A DNA stretch of 64,000 bases from the NCBI GenBank assembly GCA_964019335.1, contig OZ025688.1, forward strand, positions 372,001 to 436,000. Reading direction: 5' to 3'. The DNA is from Diplonema japonicum. Taxonomy: Eukaryota; Protista; Euglenozoa: Diplonemea. Positions 24,291-36,943 of the stretch are shown in pieces. The notes beneath the pieces were generated by a model. The model made no database searches, was not told the origin of the DNA, and was given only the letters and a program-made list of their open reading frames with translations. The number at the start of each line of letters is the position of its first letter. Within the stretch, counting starts at the first letter, position 1. The translations under genes and the position numbers were made by a program.

Positions 24291-24309
24291 TTTTTTTATA
24301 TATATATAT

Positions 24310-25299
24310 GAGCTCGTCCGGACGAAAATGTCAACACTTTTTTGGGTACCTCCGAAAATTTCTTGTTTTGATTATTTGAGCAAAAAAAGGGCAGCATGCA
24401 ACCATAGGAAGATGACATACATGGTGTACGTGACGCCGTTCTTTCAATTGCGATTCTTGTTTTGCCATGAGGGTGGCAGGCTTTGCAACCGGCTGCCCCC
24501 GGGAAGCGAAAAACAGAGGTCAGAAAAACGACGAAAAATGTTTAAAATGCAGTTTAAAAGCTTGAAATGCAGCACCTAGGGTGCATAAAAGTGGTGAACA
24601 CACACCTTTGTGACCCCTGGGTACAACCCAGGGTCGGGTTACTGTTAAAAGTACTTAGCGAAAAATATATGGCGTTGCATAGCCCCCCAAAAACCGGGTT
24701 TTTTAGCCCTATTTTTTGCTTTTTCGAGGGGTTCCTAAGGGAATTGGCCTAAAAGGCCCATTTTCCTGAAAACCCAATTCTTAACACTTGTCTGCTCAAC
24801 ATCGGTATCTTTGGGCCATACATGCATTCTCTACCCATCTGCTGAGGCTTGTCATTTTTTTTCTTACTTTAAAGGGCCCTTAAGGGATTTTAGCCTAAAA
24901 TAGGCCAAAATGGCAGTATTTTCCTGGGGTGGCCCCATTTTAATGGTGATAAAGAGCCCAAACCACCCAAAATGACCCCTTAAGTTTCACAGATTTCCCA
25001 TCTGCGTCCATTTCTTCTCGCTTTTCATTGAAGAAAGCAAAAAAAGGAATATGGAGCCTGGGTCATTTACAATTTCCGGATGCCAAAAACTAAAAAAAAA
25101 CCATTCTAAAAAGCATGTTTTTGCACGCGCGTTTTAAAAATGAAACAAACGGCGCGCATTGTGACCTATATGGTGAACACGCTTAGACCGCAATTCTGCA
25201 CACAAAGTGGTGTCGGACTACTTTTGTACTTAGAAATTTTCCGGGGATTTTCCGTTGCAAAAGAGGGTCATTTGTTGACATTTTTTTCCGGACGAGCTC
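24310..25299 (-). mobile_element. Non-autonomous piggyBac-like element, ATAT TSD
   Basis: 27-bp TIRs gagctcgtccgga..aaaatgtcaaca with ATAT on both sides. Both ends are homologous to 29140-31512 in reverse orientation. Confidence 0.9.
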
Positions 25300-25604
25300 A
25301 TATATTTCTTTTTATACTTGTTATTTTTTATTTTACTGTCTCACATGAACCCCTTCCCTCCACCCTGCTTAAGAAGTATTTCTTTTTCTTCTTCTTTTTT
25401 TGTATCCCCGGGTCGGGGACATGTGTGATTAAGTTTCCCCCCCCCTTTTTTTTTCCTTCTGTTCTCTAAAAGGTTTCCCGTATTTTTATCCGTGATTATA
25501 CGGAAAATTTGGGAGGGGGGGGAGAGAAATCCGTCCCCCTTCCCCTGCGCACTGAAATTTTTTTTTGAGCTTTTTTTTTTCGATCAAGAGATAGATTGTG
25601 ACTC

Positions 25605-25648
25605 TTCAGGCGTCCTGCCACATACCGCAGGTACCCTTAAATGTCTCT
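25605..25648. repeat. Dispersed identical 44-mer, copy 2
   Basis: Exact match to 16553-16596. Confidence 0.95.
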
Positions 25649-26888
25649 TTTTTTATTTTTCACCGATTGCTCGAGTCCACAAAGTTTAGGAAGGGTCACA
25701 AAACTACTTCCGAGTTAGCTCGGCGATTTGATTTTGATCTTTGGTTTACAGTACAAAGTACAGAATTTAGTCTCAAGGTAGAGGAAACCTATTTAATATG
25801 CCCATCTACTTGTCTTTTTGACGATTCGTGTGAAATGCCTTTTCCCCCCCCCCCCCCTCCCCCTTTATTAATTGATGAAATTAAGGGGTGTATATTTTCC
25901 CTCTTATCACATATTTCATCTGCTTTTATAAGTTGTTTAATGCCTTTTTTTTTGTCTTCCTTTTTTTAAAAAAAAAAGATTTTTTTTTTTTTTTAAGAGG
26001 GCAGTAGTATCTAGGGGCGGGAAGAAAAAGAAAAAAAAAAAAAAAAAAAACTGCAGCACGCAGCGTTATCACTGATTTTAGACCTGAACCCTCTTTTTTT
26101 TTTTTTTTTTTTTGATCTATTATTGTTGTGACAAAGGGTCCAGGGCAGCCTGACACTCCTGCCCGAAAAAAGTCACAAAAGAAAGAAGAAGAAAAAAAAG
26201 AAAAGAAATTGGCCAATATTGGGTTTTTTTGTCACTGATAATCTCGGGGCGGACATTGGTTTTTTATTATTATTTTTTTTTTCTTTTTTTTTTTCTCTAA
26301 CTTTTTTTTTTCTTTTCTTTTTTTTTTTTTTTTTTTTTTTTGTTCTTCTTCCTTCTCTCGGGTTTGCTTAAGTTGTTTTCCTGTATCATACAAAAAGGCT
26401 TGCATGTCATTCAGAAAAAGGGGGGTTTCTATGTGTGGTGTGAACTTTAAATTTCTTTTTTTGTTCTTCTTTTTTTTTCTGTTCCCCACAAACCGAACGC
26501 ATTCAAACCACGCCTGCAAAGAAGGTGAACGTGAATTTTATTTGGGTTTGCTGACGTGCATTTTTTTTTTTTTTTTCCGTTCTTTCTCGGGTCATTGCTG
26601 ATACTAACGAGGAAATATAAAGAAGTACATCAGATGTTCGTTCTTATCATAATGAATTCCCCCCCCCCCCCCCCCCCACAATATTTTTGCGACTCCATCA
26701 CCTTTCTATCATTTATACTAGTGGCTAAGAAACAGGGCTTTTTCTTCTATTTCACGGTTCCCGCGTGGAATGGGCCTGCTCAATGCTAGGAGAGCAGAGG
26801 GAGGGAAAAGGTAAGCGATAACGTGGCTTTCTTTTTTTTTTTTTTTTTTTTTTTTAGAGTCTCTTTTTTATAAAAAAAAAAAATAAAC

Positions 26889-27128
26889 CCCTCAGATCCG
26901 TTAAGTGACCCGGTCTTTGTGGTTTCCCTCTGTGTGGGCCCCCAGGGGCCACACAAGGGGAAATCAAAAAAAGAATTTTGCTGAAATCTTTTTCTAGACA
27001 TCCATAAATCGCACATTGGGCCCGGGAGGCAAATAAAATCCATTCCAGCTCCCTGAAAAAGCAATAGGAAAAGATTTTGTCGGCCCGTCATTTTTGCGAT
27101 TTCTGCAGACACTTTACGGATCCGAGGG
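26889..27128. mobile_element. Small MITE with CCC termini (canonical piggyBac-like ends)
   Basis: ccctcagatccgttaagtg ... cactttacggatccgaggg form a 19-bp inverted repeat with 2 mismatches. The TSD is not preserved. Confidence 0.5.
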
Positions 27129-29139
27129 CAAAAATAAATTTAAAAAAAAATATATAAATAAAAACTGTAAAACGAAAAGACTTTTTTTTTTTTTTTTTTT
27201 GTCACTCCGGCATTTTTCTCCACCGACATTTTTTTCAGCTAAAAACTTATGGGGAGAACAGTGTCTTCAAGAAGGGGTCTGTTGTATGGCAGTTAAGGTC
27301 ATCAACCATCCGGGATGAGGTCATCGGGCTCAAGACCCCGGGCATCAATTGTGTCCTTACAGAAAGGGAGGTCACTGTCCACGCCAAGTATTTGGGGGAA
27401 ACCGTAAGGCTCTTGTCCAGATGGCACAGGGGCACGGGGAGAAATGCAGGTTACTTGCTCAAGGTACTTTTTGCTTCATCGGAGGACAAAGTGAGGAAGA
27501 GTTGGAGTTTGAAGAAAGTTAATGTCTTCCCCCCCCTCTCTCCCAAGCCGAAAATGCCGGTGGAGGAAAATATCCTGGGCTTTTTTTTTTTTTTTTTTTT
27601 TTTTTCGCTTCCGGGAGATTTGTCAACTCCGCGGCAAATTTCTCCTCCGGAATGTTGATGCTTTACAGTAAATAAGAAAACTGTCACCAAGAACGAAATC
27701 TTTTTGGCTGAATGTAATCTTTTTCCCCCCCCCCTTCTATATACGCTCGATTTTGCTGGTGTTGGCGAGAATAACACAAAACAAGAAAAGAAATTGAGAC
27801 AGGTGAAGTATAAGCAGCAAAAGAAGTCTGAGACAAGCGACTGTGAAATAAATCAAGGGTGGGGGGGTGGCAATTGCCGACAAAGAAGAAAAAAAAAAAG
27901 AAAGAAAAAAAAAAGTGTGGCATGCCCTCCACAACAGAGAGGACTTGCCTTCCCATCCCGGACCTTGCATTATGTTTTAGGACAGGTGATTTTTTTTTTT
28001 TTTTTTTGGTAGTAGTTTTGGCCCATTCTTCGCGCTAAATCCGTTTCCGTGAAGTAATAAGGGCGTGTGCAAAGTATGCTTAGTTGCCTTCCAAACAGGC
28101 AAACTCTCCCCCCCCACCACCCACCCACCCCTGGGGTGGTCCCTTGTTTCTTGATTTTTTTTTTTTTTTTTTTTCGTTTGTAACCTTGTTATCTTTCCTT
28201 CCCTCTCCTTTCTGTTCTCTTTTTTTTTTTTTTTTTTTTAATCCAAAATCAAAGGTAAAGCAATTTATCTCACACCCTTCCCTCCCCCCCCTGATTTTCA
28301 CTAAAAATGAAACTTCATAAAGGTTTGGGCTCGGGTACTGCCACCTAAACCCTAATATTTGCGCTCCAATCTCATCATCAATATCTCTAAAGCCTGTCAA
28401 GTCTTAAATTGCTCTATGGGGCTTTTGAGGGAAATTTGTGAGAAATAACATTTTCGCCGATTTGTGCTCTGTACTCCCAACGGGACTTGGAGACATTAGG
28501 CGGCATCCCTTTCTTTGATCCTTTTGCAGTGTGAGTGATAATGACTTGACCTCTTATATTGTCACCTCCTTGTATTTGGTTGACCGCCTATCGAATCAGC
28601 AAAGGCTTGAAAAAAAAAAAGAAAAAAAAAAAAAAATAGAAATGGTTGTTCTTTTTTTTTTTTCACCTCATTCGTGTGGTTTTTGTAAAAAAGAGAAATC
28701 TGTAAAACTGCTAATGAAAACGAAGGCTTTTCACCTGAAATAATATAAAAAAAAAAATGAAAGGTTACCAGATGCACGCAAGTGCCAAACTCCCTCCCCC
28801 ACCCCACCCCACCCCCCTACCCGATTCAAAAAAGTAAAAAGGATTTTCCGTTTGGTTCAGGGGGAGGTTGAACTTAAGTATTTCTTTAAAAAAGGAGAAA
28901 AATATTAGGACCTCTTTTTCTTTTTTCTTTCTTTCTTTTCTTCTTTTCTCCCTCTCTTTGACATCGTAAATAATATCGTTTTGTTTTTGTTTTTGTTTTC
29001 CTTTATTATTATTTAGTTGAGTTTAAAAAAAAAAAAAGAGTCGGTTGATTGTTGGTTGTGCACAACCGGGGTTAACCTGTAGATTAGCCCAACAGTGCTA
29101 CCACTACTCTTTTTAGCACTAACAATTCATTATCAATAT

Positions 29140-31512
29140 GAGCTCGTCCGGAAAAAAATGTCAACAAATGACCCTCCTATGCGGCGTAAAACCCCCGTTA
29201 AATTTCTAAGTAAAAAAGTAGTCCGACACCACTTTGTGTGCAGAAATGCAGTCTAAGCTTGAACACCATATAGGTCAAAATGCTCGCCGTTTGTTTTATT
29301 TTTAAAACGCACGTGCAAAAACATGTTTTTTAGAATGGTTTTTGGCAAACGATTCAATTTGGAAGTTGCAAATAACCCAGACTCCATTTTTTATTTTCGT
29401 TTTTCCGTGGAAAGCGACAGGAGGAATAGACGCAGATTGAATATCTGTGAAACCCTTGGGGTCATTTTGGGTGGGCTGGACTCTAAATCGCTATTAAAAT
29501 GGGGTGTGGAGAACTTACCCTTAAAGTGCCATTTTGGCCTATTTAAGGCTAAAATCCCTTTAAAACCCCTTAAAAAAGCAAAATTTTCACTTTTAAAGTA
29601 TTATGAGTGCAAAAGAAAAGGAAACCCCTCAGCAGATGGGTAGAAATGAATGAAAGTTTGACCCCAAAGATACCAATGTCAAAGCTCTGCATGAGCAGGC
29701 AAGTGTTAAGAATTGGGTTTTCTGAAAAAAGCCAAGGAACCCCTTGAAAAAGCCAAAAATAGGGTGTAAAAAACCGGATGCACCCAGAAAGAGGCCGGAA
29801 GAGGACATTATGAGTGATGGTAGCACTGATTGCTCATCCCTATTATGCAATTTTGATACGAACAGATTCGACCGATTCCGAGTCACTGCAGGGTGATTGG
29901 ACGGCAAAGCCGGAGCGGTTGGAAGGCATCCGGTTTCGTGAAGATCGGAATCCCAAATGCTCGTCCCAAACGTTGTTTGGGTCATAACTTCGAACAATGT
30001 GGCAAATGCGGCTAAAAAAGGTGTTTCCCTGGATCTCGATGCTGCTTCTCTGCATACCTTCCTAGGTGCCCTTTTGTCGATGGACTTGGATATCAAGCCA
30101 GATTATTCTGACTACTGGCGCACTGGCTCCACGCCTCTCAACCACACCCCCTGGGTACGCCACCGTCATGTCAAGAGACCGCTTTTTGACTATTCTGGAC
30201 TTCTACCTATCGCAAGGCCTCCCGGAGATCACGGATGCCCCAAAGAAGCGAGTCCGCAAGCCCAAGGACGCGCACCCTGTGGGGACACCCAGTTCCACCA
30301 GCACATGAGCATCCTTTGCACCACAACGTGGCATGCCATCAAGCCTGTGCGCTTTCTGTCAACGTTGGATGTTCTGGGGAAGTCAAATTTGGCGTGTCGG
30401 CCAAAAGAGAATGAAAGCCGGAGGCCCTCCAGAAAGGACATCCCGCTCCCCACCAAGTGCATATTTACAACACCGCAATGGGCGGAACCGACGCTGGGTG
30501 ACGCTGTGACAAAACGCCATAAACGCACCCTTGTGACTTCGAAGTGGCCCCTGAAAGTATTTTCGTACTTGTTAGATAAATCTCTGGCAAATGCCCGGCT
30601 TGTTTGGAAAGAAGCCTTGCCCCCCAACACCCTGAGTACGAACGACAGTGGATTCATGCCTTTCAAAGAGGCAGTCATCGAAGGGCTACTAGGGAGGCTG
30701 CCCAAACAACAGCTAAAGTCAACTACAGAGCAGGCTGCCCCAATACCATGCCCCGAAACACAGAACGAGTGCCCTGAGGCCCCAATGCGACGCGACAGCA
30801 CCTTCTGGGACCATTTCCCCGAAAAAGTAGCGCAACGTGCGGTGCAAGCATTGCAAGTCGAAAAGACCCCTATTTCAGTGTTCAGCCTGCTTGGTACAAC
30901 TTTGCGTGACTCCGTGCTTCAAAGACTATCACCTTGCCGGGGATACCCCCCAGAAACCCCTCTCGGGGTCAAAAAAGAAGTCCCACAGCCCTAGGGCACG
31001 TACGAACCGCGTCAAGAAGGCCTTAAATAGCTTTTTATAGAATTTTACAGTCGATTTTTTTTTGACTTGTTTTTTGTACCCCCTCTCGAGCACTTCAGGA
31101 ACGATATTTTTGACAATGTTGTGGGGGTGGGCCCTGCTGTGGGCACCCACTCTCTAGAATTGGGACATGGAGGCATTTCCGGGGGCATGTAGCCCCGGCG
31201 TTGCGCTAGAATAGTTTTTTTTGAAGTTTTGAAAATTTACCCCCTGGTGGGCAAAAATGGTCCGTTGGTAGATGGTTAAACATTTTTCGCCGGTTTTCTG
31301 ACCTCTATTTTTCGCTTCCCGGGGGCAGCCGGTTGCAAAGCCTGCCACCCTCATGGCAAAACAAGCATCGCAATTGAAAGAACGGCGTCACGTACACCAT
31401 ATATGTCATCTTCCTATGGTTGCATGCTGCCTTTTTTTTTGTGCAAATAATCAAAACAAGAAATTTTCGAAGGTACCCAAAAAAGTGTTGACATTTTCGT
31501 CCGGACGAGCTC
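29140..31512 (+). mobile_element. piggyBac-like DNA transposon, internally deleted, GAGC termini, ATAT TSD
   Basis: 27-bp TIRs (2 mismatches), ATAT at 29136-29139 and 31513-31516, and transposase remnants inside. Confidence 0.9.
29957..31040 (+). pseudogene. Frameshifted, core-deleted piggyBac transposase
   Basis: FLGALLSM...DYW, then MSRDRFLTIL in another frame, then KWPLKVFSYLLDKSLANA...FKEAVIEGLL, then the Cys-rich tail RCKHC...FQCSACLVQLCVTPCFKDYH in a shifted frame. The DDD core is absent. Confidence 0.85.
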
Positions 31513-31562
31513 ATATATTGTTTTTCTTGTTCATATGCAAAAAGAATGTGAAGATGAGTTAA

Positions 31563-31873
31563 AGGAGGCCGTTGGTGGTGCCCTGCACAAAAAAACTGTC
31601 TGCTTAATTACAAGGGCGTACCGCGGCCGAGGTGTAGCTTCTTCTGCGTTCCGCGTCGTGTCCTTAATGCGTGCGGTGTGCAACTCAACCCCAGCCGGGG
31701 CGACCCGGGTAACCAAGATTCTGCGCTCGTGCAGTTTGCTGCCTGTTCGTCACCCTGAGCATCTGCGTTACGTTCTCCCACTCGGGCGCTACCGGTGATG
31801 ACCGAACGTAGAGGTCAACAGCGAACAACACATCTGATGTACTTCTTATATTTACATGTTATCCCCACCACCT
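31563..31873 (+). mobile_element. TTAA-flanked AGG...CCT non-autonomous element (Kolobok-like ends), family C
   Basis: TTAA|AGGAGG ... CCACCT|TTAA. End fragments recur at 1828-1941, 26616-26637, 35026-35056 and 47072-47110, and both ends occur together at ~59827-59935. Confidence 0.5.
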
Positions 31874-31929
31874 TTAAAAAAAAGTCCCCCTTTTTTTTTT
31901 TCCGGTCGGAATAAAATCGGTATAAATAC

Positions 31930-32040
31930 TAGCTATTTACTGCCAAACAAGTAGTGACCCTGCTGTTTCCTCTGCGGTGCGTTTTGGCCATTTCTTGGCG
32001 GTAGGTAAGTAGTTTTTATTTCACGGTTCACTCTCCGAAA
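31930..32040 (-). mobile_element. Orphan right end of family A hairpin element with shortened hairpin
   Basis: tagctatttactgccaa...ttggcggtaggtaagt.gtttttatttca is the reverse complement of the 15828-15976 flanks of the hairpin. Confidence 0.65.
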
Positions 32041-32980
32041 GCCCGGAAACAAAATTCTCCCCTTATTTTAGTGGGGGAAATGTGTTCCTAGAACCCGTCA
32101 CCTTGCTGTTTGGGGTAGACATCAAGGAAAAAAAAAAAATGAAAGAAAGAAAAAAAAGTTTTTTTCTAATAACTTGCCTGGGAGGGGGGGTTCTTTTTTT
32201 GGGATTTCGTTATAAAGGTGGTCCTCAAGTGGGATTTGCCCTTAAACATCGCCTTTTTTTTGGGATCAAGTTTTCTTTTTTTTTTTTCTCTTTTTTCTTT
32301 CCCCCCCTCTTGTAACTTCCTCCCTTCCTCTCTCCTTCCCTCCCTCCCCATATTAAAAAAATAAGCAGAATGAGCTATTATGTTTGCTAGTTTTTTTTTT
32401 TTTTTTTTTTTTTGAGTAATTCACTTAATATCCAGGAGAAGTGCTGAAATTCACTTGAGTATCCAAAAAGAAAAGTCGAAAACTCACACCATATTCCAAA
32501 CCAGTTTTGGGGTCTTGTGGCCCATTTACCAATTTTCCTCACACAAAATAAAAAAAGCGAACCCAAGGTGCTTCGACTTCTTCTTTTTTTTTTTCTTTCT
32601 TGGGTAATAAATAATACTTAGTGAAAATCAGTACCCCCCCCCCCTTTTTTTAAGTGAATATTACCTTTTCTTTATGAACATCCAAAAGGCGGAACGTGCG
32701 ATCGATCTCATCGCAAAGGAGGGAATCCACATTGAGTGGGGACTCCATCTGGTTACTCCACTCCTGCACTCCTGAAGGCCTCCTATCCTAGAGGGGCGCT
32801 GCTTCCTCTATAACTCGTTGTTGGTTTTTACTCCCAGCTACGACGGGCCAAAGGCTCTTCCACTGCGAAAGGGGTTGAACACCACATGACCTGTCACATT
32901 ACTGGTTTACTGGAGAGATTTTAAGGAAAAAAAAAGGGGGGGTGCGAGTTATACCACCAAACGAGGACACTCAAAAAGGC

Positions 32981-33011
<31 letters not shown>

Positions 33012-33847
33012 GGTATTATTGAAGATGTGACAGAAGAGCCAACCGGCAGCGGTGCCCTGTCCTTCTTACACTAGTTCCATCAGGTTGCTCAGTGCAGCAA
33101 CATATGCTCCCCCTCCTCCCCCCCCCTATTTTTTGCCTTTTTTTCTTTTGTCTTCTGAGGAAACTAACAAAAAAAAAAAAAAAAAAAAAAGCTATCATGT
33201 CACCCCTTCCCCGTTCTTTTTCTTACGACTCAGTTAAGGTCCAGTTTTCTTAATTTTTTTTCTCTTTTTTTTTTTTCCCAATGAGCCCTCAATTAGAAGC
33301 CCCCAAAAAAAAAACTATTCTGTAGATGCTTTTCCAATTTTTGTTTTCTATAGCATGTCATTAGGTGGGTCTAGAGGAGCACCAGCCGGAACCTACTGTG
33401 CAGATAAGCCCGCGGCTCTGATGACTGCGGTTTATGACAGTGAAGAAAAAAAGTGAAAAAAAAGAAAAAGCTTGTGCAACGCACGACTTGATTTTTTAAA
33501 AGGACTTTTTTTTTGTACTATCTGATTATCCGTCAACCCCCCCCCCCCCCCCCTTTGTGGAGAATAAGAGGGAGCGAGAAAAGAGCCAGCCACAGTCCCC
33601 CCCAAAAAAAATAGTGTTTTTCCTTATCTGAACAAAGGCCTCCTCCTCGTTTTCTCTCAAGAAAAAAAAAAGAACGGAACAAGAAAGAACCAGAAGATTT
33701 AAGTCAGGCCATTGCCACCCCCCCCCCCCCCCCCCCCTCTTTTTACTTACTGCGCCTCCTTTGCGGGGTTTTGCCCATTCCCCCGGTTGGGCGCGAAAAT
33801 GTAAACCTTAAAAAGGTTTCGTTTTTCTTGCCTATCTGTCGGGGAGG

Positions 33848-33882
<35 letters not shown>

Positions 33883-34453
33883 AGAGGGGCAGCAAGACCT
33901 TTGGCCGGGTCTAGGTGCGTAGCGACACCTCCCCTTAAGCGAGTCATTTCAGGGAAATCTGTGCCAGGGTGAACGGAGAGACGATCTTGGTCGTCAGCCA
34001 ACCAAGCAGCACACAACAGGGGTAACTAACACGGATCGCATTTAGCTTCAGCAAAAGAAAAAAAAAAATGCCCCCTCCCCACCCCACCCCACCCCACCCC
34101 CCCTACCGCGAGGTAACGGGGCCGGAGGAGCTCACTCCAATTTGTCGTTTGACTTGTTTTACGTAAAAGCGACGTAAAAGTTGGAGCTCCATAAATTAAT
34201 TGCGAGTTACCCTTCTTTTTTTTTTTTTTTTTTTCTTATATCCTGTGCAACGACGGAAGCAAGGGTATATAATCTGGCCCATGAGTCCCCGGGGCTCCCA
34301 TAAGCAATGGCAACGGGTGGGTGATGAGATATGGTTTCAATATAAACCTTCTCTCCCTCCCCCCCCCTCTTCATGATCTTTCTATATTGTCTGTTAACTG
34401 GTAAAAAGAATTTTTAGCCGTAGCCGCTCGTGTTCACATAAAGAGAAAAAAAA

Positions 34454-34844
34454 TAGTTATTTATTGCCAACAAATTATGAGTCATTATTTAACGAGTGTT
34501 AAATAATGGCTCATTTGGCGGCAAGTAAGTCGTTTTATTTCATTCTTCGTCATTTGAGTCACTCGCTCTTCACTGCTTCACTGCTGTTTTTTTTCACGCA
34601 GGTCAGCCTTTTTGGAGATTTTCCTAAGGTAATATGGGTTGCTATTTCGCCGTGGCATTTTAAGGGGAAGTAAAGCACTTATTCCCACTTTTAAGGGCTG
34701 GATGGCCAAAAATAGTCAAAACACCTCCACCCCAAGAAAAAGAATTCAAGGGGTTGGGTGCCATTTTTTCACTTCGAAGCGCCATTTCGCGTTAAATAAT
34801 TAGGCCCCTAGTGAGTGAAGAAAATGACGAAGAGTGAAATAAAA
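34454..34844 (-). mobile_element. Hairpin-ended element, family B (same architecture as family A)
   Basis: Terminal hairpin ttgccaa..atgagtcattatttaac/gttaaataatggctcat.ttggcgg, then subTIR ttttatttcattcttcgtcatt paired with aatgacgaagagtgaaataaaa. A-runs on both flanks. Confidence 0.7.
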
Positions 34845-35425
34845 AAAAAAAAAAAAAACCAAAATAGTATTCTCTTTCTTTTCTTTTTTCCTCTTCCCTT
34901 CAACGCTGACAACTCCTTTTAGACATAATAAAGGGGTATTTTTGCCAGAAAGAAAAGAGAGAGAGAAAAAGGAGGAAGAAACTTCCCCAAATTACTTCGT
35001 CCCTCTTTTTTTTTTTTTTTTTTGACCGCCAACACCGGCCTCCTTCAACTCTTATATATATATATATTTTTTTTTTTCCCCCCCATAAAATTCTCTTTTT
35101 TTTCTTCTTTTTCTAGAACGAAAACTCCCCCCCCTCTAGTCTGGGAGGAACCCTCTGGCACAAGAGGGGAGCGAAGAATAAGAGAAACTATGCCAAAAAA
35201 AAGTAGAAATTAGAAGAAAAAAAAGAAGGCTTTTGCATTACCTTATCTCAGGATAAGAAGAAAACAAAACCATATCGCCGCATAAAAAAAAAAAAAAAAA
35301 AAAAAAAAGTGTGAAATCTAAAAGAAAGTGCGAGCATTTTACTATTATTTTGATTTTGAAACACCGATACTCCTGGGGGCATGGGGGAGGCGGTAAAAGA
35401 CAAAAAAAAATGAACAAAATAATTT

Positions 35426-35458
<33 letters not shown>

Positions 35459-36401
35459 TTTCCGGTTTCAGAAAACCAGCACAGTATCTCAAATAAATAA
35501 ATAAAAAAAAAAAGAAGAAAGCTCGTGATAAGAAAAAAGAAGTTCGACCAAACGGTTTAATTAAAAAAACCTCTATGTGGATGGTTACTTTGGATTGCAC
35601 ACCCCCCCCCCACACACACACACACACACAGCAGTGGCTGGTGCAAACTAAAAAAAAAGAATGGGCTTCTTGCTCTCACTGAGCCTCTATTATGTTCCGC
35701 TTTGTGCCGTTAAACTCGCTCGATTTGCTTGCTGCCTTCAACGTTACCATCTTACCAACGTTACTTTTTCCCTCCCTCTATCATGCTTTTTTTTTTTTTT
35801 TTTGAAACCCGTTTTTGAAATTTTTCCTGGCCTTTTTTTTTTTTTTGAAACCCGAAAGATCATCATGGGGACAAATAAAATTGTGGTACACAAAGGGAAG
35901 GTTTTTTTTTCTTCTTTTTTTGTTGTTTCGTCTTTGTTCTATTTTTTCTGGGGGGGGTTTTAGGGGAAAAAAATCCAAAGAAAAACGGGATAACAAGTGC
36001 CATAGAGAACTGTACATTAAAAAAAAAAAAGAAAAAAAGAAAAACCACCTCACAGTTAACACACCGTCCAAATTTTTTGTTTTATTTTTTTCTTACAAAG
36101 CCGGCATTTAACAAGAGCGGCAGCAGGCTAGCATGAACAAGCCAAAGCACTTTTTTTTTTTCTTTTTTTTCTTCTTCTTTATTTTTTTCATCTTCCCACT
36201 CTCTGCATCTAAAAAAGGAAACGTAATAGAGCTTTTGGCATTTTATATGCCTAAAGGCCGAAAATGGGGCAAATAACGAGGGGGGAAAAGAAAGAAAGAA
36301 AAAAAAAAAAGAAAGGGAGAATACAAAATTAACTTGTAACAAAGTCAGACACCAATCAGTATCAATCTGCTAAAGCGTGTCCACACCCCCTTATCTCTAA
36401 T

Positions 36402-36444
<43 letters not shown>

Positions 36445-36516
36445 CGGTGAAATCTTCAAAAGGTAAGATGGACCCCTGCACCATGCGCCGTTTTAATTTT
36501 AAGCGAGGGGGAGGAG

Positions 36517-36553
<37 letters not shown>

Positions 36554-36899
36554 CCAGTTGGGGGAACCACTTTTCTCCCCACCCAGGTTGACCCTCATCT
36601 CCATATCTCGTTATGCATGGCTTTACACCTCTTTTTCAGTTTGTTTATTTTTTCTTTTTCCCCTAAAACTATCTTAAGGCGGGGAAGGGGGGGTTTTTTT
36701 TTTCTTTTTTTTTTCCTTTTTTTTTTCCCCCCTCACTAGCGACTGTTTTGCTTTCGCTGATTTGAACTTGAATTAAACCATAAAAGAACCGGGGGGGTTT
36801 TTGGCCAAAAAAAGTTCAAAAGGAACCATCTATGTATGATCCTGGAAAAAGAAAATGCCACCCTGTAATTCAAATGACCCCCCCCCCCCCTTTTTAGTT

Positions 36900-36943
36900 T
36901 TCAGGCGTCCTGCCACATACCGCAGGTACCCTTAAATGTCTCT
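36900..36943. repeat. Dispersed identical 44-mer, copy 3
   Basis: Exact match to 16553-16596. Confidence 0.95.

Noticed and set aside
27200-27660. Degenerate inverted/direct repeats (ttttctccaccgRcattt)
   Set aside because: Too eroded to define termini or a TSD. Probably an old TE.
31795-31837. Box C/D snoRNA (GTGATGA...CTGA)
   Set aside because: Only ~43 nt long and lies within a dispersed mobile-like repeat.
33415-33445. Hammerhead ribozyme core (ctgatga...gaa)
   Set aside because: Stem II register and GAAA do not fit the consensus, and there are no convincing stems I and III.
16553-36943. CRISPR-like array from the 44-mer repeats
   Set aside because: The copies are ~9-11 kb apart in a eukaryotic context, with no cas genes.
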